Positions 12,369 to 23,483 of a stretch of DNA of 64,000 nucleotides are shown piece by piece; the stretch's first letter is position 1, and each line of letters opens with the position of its first letter. The stretch is from Octopus vulgaris. Taxonomy: Eukaryota. The notes under the pieces are model-generated. The model saw nothing but the letters and a program-made list of their open reading frames with translations. It was not told the DNA's origin and made no database searches. The position numbers and the translations under genes were made by a program. The DNA is taken from positions 13,578,001-13,642,000 of the forward strand of contig OX597831.1 of assembly GCA_951406725.2 (NCBI GenBank), read 5' to 3'.

Positions 12369-13220
12369 AATTTCAGTCCATATATTAAATTACGTTTGAA
12401 GATGATACACTGCATAGCATGGTTGATCTATACTTACGTCTTATATATAAAAACGAATGTGGCAGTCATGGATGGAGATGCACTTGATAATAAGTGTACA
12501 AGAAAGAAATAACTTACAACTAAATAACAATGACAGCTGAATCTGCTGCCATTACAACAACAAAAACTACAACAATTCTTCACTTTGTAAACATCAAAAT
12601 CTATTTTGAAATCAGGTTTATTTTTTGTTGTTTCATTTAAAAGAAAAGAACAATTTTTCTTCAATTGAAATTGAATTTCTTTGGGTTTTTCGTTCGGTTT
12701 TTTTTTTTGTATTTTGAAGCAAAAATGTACACTTTAATTATTATCGTCATCATCGCTTTTATTAACGTTGTTCTTGTTTTTGTTGTAGTTGTTGTGTTTG
12801 TTGGTATCGTGGAAGTCGCATTCGTCTTTCCAGCCATTGTCGTTTGTCTGTTGTTACTGCTGCTGCTGCTGCTGCTGTTGTTCTTCTTCTCCTTTTCCTC
12901 CTCCTCCTCCTCCTTCTTCTTCTTCTTCTTCTTCTTCCAATCAGGACTCACGCCGTTAGCCACAAAGAATAACCTCCAATTCGAGTCTACTCTAAGCAAC
13001 TAAGAATGCGTGTGGCAACTTCAAGATCCACCCACCACACGCGATAGACTGGCAATTGCACGGGCGCGAAAGCTACGTTATTATCCTCATTCCGTAAACG
13101 GTGGCTTTTGACGGGTGGAGAGATGAACCATCGTCGGATACAGAGGATTTGCAATCTAGACTAGGGTCTGAAAGTTTACCACTCCATAGTGGGTTACATC
13201 ATGGTTCTTCTGCTTTGTGG

Positions 13221-13413
13221 CAGAAGTAGGAAGAATGAGTGAGAGAAAGTTGTGCTGAAAGAGTACAGCGGGGTCACTGCCACTCCTGCCGGAGTCTCGT
13301 AGAGCTTAGGTGTTTTTGCTCAATAAACACTCACAATGCCCGATCTGGGAATCGAAACCACGTTCTTACGACCGCGAGTCCGCTGCCCTAACCACTGGGC
13401 CATTGCGCATCCA
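13221..13413 (-). mobile_element. tRNA-derived SINE (family C)
   Basis: Minus strand: gcgcaatggcccagtggttagggcagcggactcgcggtcgt...gtttcgattccc (A and B boxes). Homologous to 45895-46128. Confidence 0.85.
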
Positions 13414-14104
13414 CACTGCTGTTGTTACTGCTGTTGATGTTGGTGTTGTTCATGGTTTTAATGTTGTTGCTTGTATAGGCCAGCCCGGGGAGCCGTGACA
13501 ACCTGTTATGGTAATCCTCAAAGAAGTCCACCTTTTCCACTCCGTCGCAAAGAAAAAACAGGTAAATCTTTCTCCGTCAGATGTCGATATGTGGCTTTGT
13601 TGCGCCTGCACCAACCAAGCCCATCGAATCTATAATCAAAAAGCTCCTTATCCGTCACCATTTTATATGTCTAACTGTTCAAGACTACATACATTATTTA
13701 GTGCTTCCCTATATTTTCTTTTGCGACAGGATTTGATTTTAAGGAAATTTGGCTGCATTTATTAGCAATACAAACAACCACGATAGTGGCGCCCATGTTT
13801 TCTCTTTTCTTTTTGCTGTTTCGGAAAAATGATGTAAACTTTGGTTAATGAGCGCAACGAATATCAATTAACGTAATTGTTCAATTAATTTAATGGATTA
13901 ATCAGCCAAAAAATTTAATTGAATACAATTTCCTCCTCTCTATTCATTGAGTTTAAGTTATTGAAGTTGTCGAAGAGAAATGTAATGTTTGGTGCTGGCA
14001 CTCATGCTGCGAAAATTAGACTCATCCACGGCATAACAAAATATTCATTTGTAACTAATTTTAAGCAATTAAAATTCTCATGTTGTAGTCCTTATCACTT
14101 TTGA

Positions 14105-14900
14105 CCTTTGTGATGCAGGTCGACAAATTGGCGCCTTTCTCAACTGCGCCCCACGCATAGTTATCCATAGGATTATAATCGGAGGGATTAGAAAACCAGA
14201 TGGCGTATAAAGAATCTGATAACCACTTCTGACTCTTTCCAGTGGTATGGCAAGGTGCTACATCCTGCTACCACACATATAGCCTCCCAGTAGCAGTTCT
14301 TTCCAGCCAGGGATTGACCAGTCTCCAGCAGCTTTAGAGAGCCATCTGAATTAAACCTACCGCTCAGTTCAGGGATGTGAGCTGGAATGACGTCACCCTC
14401 ACTGAAAGCATAAATAGAATTTGACAAGACTTGTTTTACTTGATCCGTAGGACGTCATATAGATTGTAGGCCAACCACGTTTCGTTCTGTGTGTTGTGAA
14501 ACTGGTCCTAACAGTTCTTTACATCTGAGAAGAACCAGATCTTCCTTGGCTCAACAGAATGTCTCAGCTCGATCAGAAGCTTCCTTGCCCAGCTCAGGTG
14601 GTATTACTTAGCATTGGCTCTTAGAATTTGTTCCTTGTACCTCTTGTACGTGTGGTAGTGAAGATCGTCATTCAGGGTCATCACCATGTTGGCCACACCA
14701 ACACCCATATGTCTCGTCAGAGCATGGATTACCTTGCTCAGCTCGTCCATCACCTTTTCCTGCAGTTATTTAGATGAACGTTGCTGTGCGGACGCAATCA
14801 CCATTCTTGCTATGCTTGTTTATTCTTGTTGGCCACGGCTTCGTAGTCTCCGTTGCAGCTGTCTATGTCACCCCTTACAGCCTTTTCGGTGTTCACAGAG
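14105..14900 (-). mobile_element. Decayed Tc1/mariner-superfamily (maT/DD37D-like) transposase
   Basis: Minus-strand pieces in order: CVRT..FI, DDLHYHTYKR, KIWFFSDVK (14517-14540), HNTQNETWLA, SEGDVIPAH, PWLER..YVW*QDVAPCHT..SQKWL (14243-14300), DYNPMDNYAWGAVEK. Confidence 0.8.
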
Positions 14901-15309
14901 CATTGAGCAGCAGTTACGGGATCGGTAGTTTAATGCCCGGTGAAAATAACCATGGTAAAAGTAACTCTTCTTCAATATTCAGTTGCACTCTAATCGTCCG
15001 TTTCAGCTAATTTTTTTTCTCAAGTATAACTTTAATCAACGCCGTTGACCACTCAGCAATACATCAAGTTCTTCTGAAGTGTCACAAGCGACAGTGACTT
15101 GCTAAGAGGTGCCATGTTTTATTTAATTGTCAGAGAAGCCTTTGTGTACTTGAACAGTTATAAACACTAACCGACACTTACCTTGGCCTTCCTTATTCAT
15201 CATCCAGCACAGAAACATGCATAGAAAACTTCGGTTTTTTTTCTAACTCAAGCGGCTTTTCAGCCCAATATCTACAGGCTATTATTTATGGTTTTATGTG
15301 TTTTGAGAT

Positions 15310-15465
15310 AAGTTCCATCGACCCCAGTACTCCCTTTATCGGCCCCGAAGGAATGACAGACAAAGTTGTTTTCAGCAGGTTTTGAACTCGGAATATAAAG
15401 ACAAGCGAAATGCTGTAAAGCTGTTTGTCCGGCGAGCTAACGATTCAAATATCTCACAGCCTTAA
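15310..15465 (-). mobile_element. Family-A SINE fragment
   Basis: catcgaccccagtac..tatcggccccgaaggaatgacagacaaagtt..tttgaactcggaa motif. Confidence 0.7.
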
Positions 15466-15966
15466 TCGTCAACATAATATTAATTAATTGTATGCAATGA
15501 AGGGAACCCATAGAACTTGTTTAAGCTTTTAGTTTTGTCATTTTCTTCCTATAACATCATAATACTTTGCAACGTTGAGAATTATTAACAAATGACGCTA
15601 TAAGGTTTCAAGCGAAATGTGTAAATTGATTCATTAATTCGCTTCTGAAATACACATTTGAAAAGCATTCGATAATTTCTGCTGTTGCTTTTATATTTGT
15701 AAATTTTATATGAGTTTCTGATTAGATTTAATATCGCTTATTGGAGAATGTATAAAACACGATTAAAACAACATTTGATATTGAGAAAATAATAATTTCA
15801 AAAGTTAGCTACAAGGCTTCATATGTATGAGGAAGGAAATAAAAAAAGTGATGCTGTAACGCAAGTGTTTGTCGCATTCGGGTTTCATTAATTAATTTGT
15901 AATTTTTCCGAAAAGAATTTAAAGCATGAAATGCGAATTCAGCTGGCCGAACTCTGGTCATTGCTT

Positions 15967-16595
15967 TGTTGAGTTTATAACTTTCGTATCCTTGACGCAC
16001 GTTGGATATACAAGTTAAAGAAGCGGAGGTTAAATCAATGAGTTCACATGACGTACTTTGCGAAAGTACCAAAACGCTTGCAGTCGACGTCTACCAACCT
16101 CTACTCTTTAGAAGAGTTCAGCTAGTCCATTCTTCCAATCCCCGAGGAGTGTTAATGACTTTCGCCACAGCATCTTCCCCTTTGAGACTGAATTCTATTG
16201 GGAGTCAATATTATTTTCTTATTAATTTTTCTTTCACCACATTTTCCTTTTTACGGTTTTCCTCTTTGGGAAGTTTAATATTTCTTCCGTTTAGGCATTA
16301 CTTCCAGCCATCCTGTTTGTTTCCTCTTTCTTGTGCTGCTACGACTAGGTTCGATTTCTTGTGGCGCTGCAGCATCAAAAGTGTCATAGAACACTTCCAT
16401 GGGGATCTCTTTTCTTTTTCCGTATATCTGTTTTCTAGCTGCTTTAAATGTCTTTTCTGTTCCCAATTTACACCTCTTATACATGTCATTTTGCCTACTC
16501 TTTTTGCTACTACTCCATCTTCCCAACCTTGTCTTCCATTTTTATATATTTTGAAAAACACCTTGTCACCGATATTAAAAAACTTGTCGCAATTT
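15967..16595 (-). mobile_element. Gypsy-type LTR retrotransposon 3' end: integrase C-terminus, polypurine tract and 3' LTR of about 206 bp
   Basis: Minus strand FNIGDKVFFKIYKNGRQGWEDGVVAKRVGKM..KRHLKQL and RSSTRKRK..PKRKKY*. PPT aaaggggaaga (16173-16183) is followed immediately by TGCTGTGG; candidate LTR end CTCAACA at 15967. Confidence 0.75.
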
Positions 16596-16643
16596 TAGTG
16601 TTTTCCCTATTTGTTTTTTTTTTTACAGGTAGCAACTTGTCAA

Positions 16644-16953
16644 ATGAATGACCATGGGACTGCACCTAAAATTTACCCTCCGAGGCACAAGTCAGGGCAA
16701 GATTATTTGTGGAAGGCTAGCAGTCGCCTATGCATACCGGCCTCCCCTCTCCACACCACTGATGTTATCCAAAGGAAAGGCAAAGGGGCCGATACAGCTT
16801 GGCACCAGTGATGTCGCAACTCATTTCTACAGCTGCGTTAACTGTAGCAACGTGAAATAAAGTGTCTTGCACAAAAACACAACACACAGCCCAGTCCGGG
16901 AATCGAACTCACAACCTCACGATCGTAAGCTCTACGCTCTAGCCATGCGCTTT
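16644..16953 (-). mobile_element. tRNA-derived SINE (family D)
   Basis: B box gagttcgattccc on the minus strand; body matches 3879-4185. Confidence 0.85.
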
Positions 16954-18014
16954 CACATTAAGAAGAAGAAGGGGGAGGAGGAGGAATAGGAGGATGAGAA
17001 GAAGAAGAAGAAGAAGAAGAATCTTTCTAATATTGTTATAAGGCCAACTATTTTAAGAAAAGCGATTATTCGACCCGTGTACTTGACTAGCTTCTGCTAA
17101 AGTTTCTGCTCGCGGCGATGTGGCACTCTCGCAAAAAGTCAGAACCGTTTTGTTATTGTGATACAAGAAAAGGTCGACCTTTAGGAGAGCACCATTTAAA
17201 TGAACATGACTTGTAAGCATTCGACAAAGGAACGTGAACATATTATTTCAATAGAGAAGCAGATATTTTCTTTGGGAATTTCAAGGAGAACGTTTATCTG
17301 AAAAAAAATAATATTCGTGGTAGAGCTTCTCCTGCTAATGTGTCATATGCATTCACTGCTGGCTATTTGTCTCAATATCTATAAACGTAGGAAACAATTT
17401 AAGAAAAAAAAACCGAAAAGATTGTATTTTTGTTGGAAATGAAATTCAAAACGAAAGATTTAATGACGAAAAACAAGAATATTATTTGTAAAAAACATAA
17501 AAATGTAAAACGAAAGAAAGAGAAAGCAGATACTTTTTGCGTTTGAGCTTATATTTTAGTTAGAATGTTGAAATACAGCTCAATTGACAAGAGAAACGAA
17601 GATTGTAAAATGAGAGAAAAGCGCAGGTAAAACATGAAAAGAAAGCAATTCTAGTGAAAAGCATGAACAAATATAATCATTCCGTTGTCAGTTTCGTCTC
17701 CTTCCTTGTCATTCATTGTTCCTAGTTGAGCTGTATATAATTAGTTTCTGGTTGCAAACAATACACTAACGCAGAAGATGCGAGAACATATTGATATGAT
17801 AAATATATTAGACAGTTCTAGCTGAAAGAAATATTTTTTAATGATATGAACAAAAGTATTTAAGAATCCTTTTTTTTATATTATTATTTTATGCGTTTAA
17901 TTTTGATTATCTTTCATTCCATCTGTTTTTTCAAAAAGCGAGAAAAGAAAATAGCGTGGCCATTAATTAAAAAGCCGTGTACGAGTTGAACTTCGATATT
18001 TCAAAGAAGGATTA

Positions 18015-18775
18015 AAGGGCTGACGTGGCCAAATTGTTAAAGCATCGAGTGGAACGTTTCGTGGCATTTATTTCAGTTCTCTGCGTTCAATATCCGTCGG
18101 TACCTACAATAAATAGAGTACTATTTAGTTAGTGGAATCAATTTCTAACCTTCTCTCTCGGAAACAGCAACGTGGAGGAGTGAAAGGCATGTAGTTTTAT
18201 AGTTCGGTCTCACGCATTTTTTCTTTTCGTAAACGGTTGACTCGACCTGTAAGAAAGAATGGAAGATTCAAAGCACAAGGTTTATATCATTTCTAGCATG
18301 CCTTCTACTCACAAGAACAACAATATTTAAGAGATGAGAGTTAATGGATTGCATCGACCCCAGAGGGATGTAAGGCATAGTTAGCATCGGTGGGGTTTGA
18401 CCTCACAACGTAGAGAAAGGAATGATGCCGCTGAGGATTCCTTCCGACGTTTCAACAATTCCGAAGACTCTCTGATTTTCTCCGCTTTTATAATCCTTCC
18501 TACTCTATGCACAACGCCGGAGATTTCATATGCGTAATTGCTAGTCAATTACATCGACTCCGATGCTCATCTTGTACTTAATTCATCGATACCGAAAGAT
18601 GAAAGGCAAAGTCAGCCACGGCAGGATTTGAACTCAGAACATAATGACGGACGAAATGCTGCTAATCATTTGTCCGGCGTTCTAACGATTCTGCCATCTT
18701 GCCACCTTTTCGTCGCCTTAGTAACAATAGCTAAAGCGGCCAACTGGCAGAATCGTAAGCACGCCGGGCAACATG
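18015..18775. mobile_element. Cluster of degenerate family-A SINE copies
   Basis: Recurring atcgacc.., gatgaaaggcaaagtc..ggatttgaactcagaac motifs in both orientations. Confidence 0.7.
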
Positions 18776-18814
18776 CACACATCAACACGCAAACATCTGC
18801 ACGTGTATGTTGAT

Positions 18815-19390
18815 GGCATACAACGCCCCAGAGAGGATATTCCAGCTTCGCCCATGTGGGACAAGGGTAGCTGTTTAGAAGTTGATGCTAGTATGGCGTT
18901 TCTGATAGTGTGAAAGATTTTGGGATCGCAAGTTGAGCAGCCCATAGATAGTAAAGTGCTGCTTTGTCACAATCTATTATCTTCATTGGTGTAAGTGGAT
19001 CAGGATCTATGCCAGCAGCAGATTCAAAACCGTCGCAGCAAACAACAAAAGAAACCAACGCCAAAACTAAAAGACTGAAGTAATTAGACAACATGTGACC
19101 AGATTCTAAGGAAGCCTCAGGATGTCAGACTCGCTAGAAAGGCAGCTACGATAAATAACGAGCTCGAAAGATACAACGTAGACAGTAAATGAGACCGGCT
19201 GGAACAGGCGCAGAAAGAAGACAGACTACATGTTAGATGTTGTAGTTGTTTAGAAGAGTCTGAGGAGTCAAGAGAGGCTGAAGTTAGATTCACAGTGAAG
19301 TAACAGTCTACTGAGAACAGTTTAACTTGACAACAAAGGCCAAGAGCGGTTTCTGGTTCTGTGACTGAACGCCACAGCTGGAAAAGATAC
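18815..19390 (+). mobile_element. Decayed RTE-clade LINE 5' end (5' UTR plus start of the AP endonuclease)
   Basis: QDVRLARKAATINNELERYNVD..ET..EESREAEVRFTVK..SLL..KGQERFLVL*LNATAG resembles the RTE start DARKTAVINxELxRLNVDI..ETR..EPREHGVGFAV..SERLLxLRL. Confidence 0.65.
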
Positions 19391-19601
19391 TGAGGATATT
19401 CAAAGGGAGACTGTAGAAGAGAATATCAAGGGAATGCAGGAAGATATTAAGATGAGAACCAGATCAGCTCAGAGCGAAACATTCCCTCAGACATTGAAAA
19501 CCCTCACACATCAACTAATTATAAATAATAAACAACAGATGTAGAAATGGGTAGAACATCACCCAATTCTCTGCTCTAAATGGAGCACTATGTTTCACTG
19601 A

Positions 19602-19810
<209 letters not shown>

Positions 19811-19860
19811 ATATATAGACAGATATATAGATAGACACACATCCACACACACACACACAT

Positions 19861-19891
<31 letters not shown>

Positions 19892-20599
19892 AAGAGAAAG
19901 AAAGAGAGAGAGAGAGAGAGAGTAGTTCTGAACTAGCGAAACCCAATGTCAGGTAAAGAGCGTATCTTTAGAGTACCAAGAAATATAGTCCTTTTGGAGC
20001 AGGTAATCAGGACATTTCTCTGTATCTTTGATGATTTGTGTTGCATTCAAGAGATATCGGCCGCAAATATTATTAAAAGATGATCTTTATCCATCAACAA
20101 ACCCCCGAGAATGGGGTCACTCAGTAGTTACCTAATTTATTATAGGGAACAGAAAGCTTTGTTTCATTTAAGGTAATGTGGCTACAAAGATAAGCAGCAA
20201 ATATTAATGTTAAGCAGCGTGTCTCAATTAAGGTAGCAAAATATCAGTAGAAGTGTGTTTTCAAGGTTGTCGATTGTTCTACCATAACACTGCAAAGAGA
20301 AGATAATGAACGTTGTGACGTCCATAGCGAAAATCAATCGTGTACGTCGTGATGTTCGTTATGAAAATCAATCTGATGAAATTTTCAATTATGAAAATTG
20401 CCAATATATTGGAGTCTCTAAGGCTTGCTAAAGAATGTTTGTTTTCGATACAACAAAGACAGTCTCCCGTTGAATATTTGCCGATACATTTGTATGGTCA
20501 ACAAATGATCGTGTTTGATGTAAATTATGAATGAGAGGCTCTTGATTGTAATCAGTTAACAAAACGTAGAGCTCGGTTTAAGAAAAAGGGATTAGCATG

Positions 20600-20930
20600 T
20601 TTATGTTGTTAAGAAGTTCGCTTGTCAGTTACGTGTATGTGTATGATTGTGTCTGTGTGTCTGTGTAAGTATAAATGTTTGCATGTATATATATATATAT
20701 AAGTATGTATATGTTTGTCTTCGTGTTTGCCCCTCATTGCTTCGCAACCAACGTTGGTGTGTTTACGTATCTGTAGTGTTACAGTTCGGCAAAAAGAAGG
20801 GGGAGGGAAAGTACGAAACTTTTTTTAAAAAAGAAAAGAAAAACACCGGTGTTGATTTGTTCGACTAAACCCTTCCACGTGGTGTCCCAACATGGCTGCA
20901 GTCCATGTTCAGATTGAAACAAGTACAGAA
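20600..20930 (+). mobile_element. Degenerate family-B SINE
   Basis: caaccaacgttggtgtgtttacgt..gttcggcaaaaag..gatttgttcgactaa..ggtgtcccaacatggctgcagtc..gaaacaagta tail. Confidence 0.7.
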
Positions 20931-20961
20931 GTAAATTAGCAACAGAGGATCGCCTAAGGCA

Positions 20962-22240
20962 ACGATCTTTCGCAATATTACGTTTATTCTAATAATTCTA
21001 AACGCTGTCAGAGGAAACAGAGGTGATATGAATCCTGCATCAATGGATGAATTCATGGAGTACATCTTTCACAGGGAAACATTTCAACATAACCTGTTGC
21101 TACAAACTATATTAATGTGATTTCTCTCAACTCTATTCTACGTAAAAATATTAAGGACATTATATCAGGAAGAATATTTTAATCATACCATAATGTTAAA
21201 TCATTGATAAAATAATCAAAAATGGGAGAATGCATCTGTGGGAAATGATCTACGTATTCGTAAGAATAGTTCATGTAGACTTTTCACAAAACACTACACA
21301 TTTTTTTCTCTTTCAAGACCATTTCAGTTGAATGTGTCTCCTACTCATCGTTTTGAAGATTGTAAGCATGAAAGAATACTAGCATATATATTTGATGAAG
21401 TAAGTTTGGAATATGCTGTAAATGATCTCTTAACTGTTTTGGACTATGAGATCACTTGCTGTGATCAAGGCAGAATACTTTTTGCTCAAATTATTATGTC
21501 CCAGTTTATGAAGACGAAACTCATCTGCATGTGGAAAATATCTACAGTTTGTATATTCACTTGGTAAATGATGAAGATGAAATCCAATTCGAAATCATTA
21601 GTAGAACAATAGACAGTAATGGGGGTTAAGAGCTATGTTTCACTGCGCAGTCAAAATTCAATGGAGGGACTGATACCTACAAATCCAAACTCATTTTGCG
21701 AAGTATCTTTTAGTACGGAGGGGCGGCATTGTGCAAGACCTTTTACAAGGCTCCGAGACTGATGGAAAGGTAGGATAAAGGAAAGTTTCCTCAAACTAAG
21801 ATAGAGTCGACTAAAGGCACTTAATGAATAAACCGTTGATGTTAAACTGGGTGACTGATTAAGTATACCCTCAAGTAAGCCGTAATGGGATTTGAACTCA
21901 GAGCATAAAGAACCTGAACAAATACCGCAGGATAACCAGTCTGGCGTTCTTGCAATTCCATCAATTCACCGCCTTCTATCAACGGCCCAAAATATGAAAA
22001 GGCCTAGTTGACCTTGGCGGGATTTGAACTCAGAGCGCAAAGAGCCAGAACAAATAATGAGGAATTTTATTTGACACTTTAATGACTCTGCCAGTGAGCT
22101 GCGATGCTCACTTCATTGTTTGTAATGAGTTACCCATGCATCACTGCCAGATGCTTCAATCCCAGCACTGACACTGACAAATGTGATGTATAATCGGCCT
22201 TTGTTTGATGCAGATTGCTATTCTAGGAGCTGAGGGGATT
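20962..22240 (+). pseudogene. Possible decayed intronless Cys-loop ligand-gated ion channel (nAChR-like / chemotactile-receptor-like) gene, interrupted by SINE remnants
   Basis: Colinear pieces: signal-peptide-like (ACG)IFRNITFILIILNAVRG; helix-like MDEFMEYIFHRE; LNH**NNQKWE; DSNGG*EL (cf. ENGEWEL); YKSKLILR; and, after SINE remnants at 21.8-22.1 kb, AMLTSLFVMSY..ASLPDASIPALTL..IIGLCLMQIAIL (M2-loop-M3-like). Several stops and frameshifts; I could not resolve a Cys-loop motif. Confidence 0.35.
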
Positions 22241-22633
22241 TTTAGTTAAATTCTTCCAGAAATAAGGATGACTGCAGCAGTCTTCCATTATTAACATAGG
22301 CTGGAAAAAATTCTGCGTTTTGATCTCTTGTGGTTTATCTGTTCCACTAATATGAGAGATCGAATTTGTCTCTGCACATGTCCTACAAAATCTCATACAC
22401 TTGCGAGCACCATGCTAATTGACTGTTGCGGTCTGACCCGAGAGGAATTCTTTTTTATATTTAATTACTTTATACAAGGATTCAATTGGAATTCTTTCTC
22501 TTATATCAACTCAATACTAAAAGAAGGAAACATTTAACATGTCTGAAAAAAAATTAAAGAATAATTTAGGCAACATGCAATGGTTATCATTCTGAACCAT
22601 TTTCGCTGCGATGGAATGATGTATTTCAATATG

Positions 22634-22681
<48 letters not shown>

Positions 22682-22694
22682 TTGTGTGTGTGCA

Positions 22695-22737
<43 letters not shown>

Positions 22738-22743
<6 letters not shown>

Positions 22744-23483
22744 GATAAAACCACTATTAGGCAAATCAAACAGTGAAAAACATAAACCAAAACATAGAAA
22801 TAAAATTAATTAATATAATATACAAAATATATAAAATATGAAATCCAAAATTTAAATTGTTTAAATTTAAAGTTGAAATTTTTAAAAATGTTTAATTTAT
22901 TAATTTATACTTATATATATATATATATATAAAATATTATTAGAGACAAAACCACTATTTTGCAAAACAAACAAGGAAAGACTTAATCAATACATAAAAT
23001 TTTAATAAATAGTCATATATATATATTATTGTTTTTATTTTTATTTTTATTGTTATTTTTTATCTTTTCATTTTTTAATTATATATTCATTCAACTAATT
23101 AATTTTTTAAAAATATGCATAGCTATCAAAAAGTATGAAAAAGTGTAATATAGGATGAAAAGTAAAACCACTACAATCGTTTCATGCCCAAAACCTAATT
23201 CGAATAATTTAAATTCAATTAATAATTCGAATTATGGTTATAGTCAAGCTTCAGGTTAATGATAATATTTAAATAAATAATCAAATATATTTTAACAATA
23301 TTTATTTTTTATAAGAAATAAATAAAATAATAATTTTTCTTATAAAGAACTGTATTATCAAACTAGAAACTTTAACGAATATGATTATGTCATACAATCG
23401 ATTTTAATGTTAAATATTAATTTTTAAGTATGAAGATTTAAGGTAAGAAATCCACAATAATCTAATCTCAGTTACTGTCAATA
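22738..23483 (-). mobile_element. Left (inverted, tail-less) arm of a Penelope-pLTR-like foldback
   Basis: Reverse complement of 33629-34295 apart from an extra subrepeat at about 22936-23014. Hammerhead-like motif on the minus strand at about 23166-23258 (CTGAAGc..long stem..GAAACgattgTA). Starts at a (TA)n tract. Confidence 0.8.
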
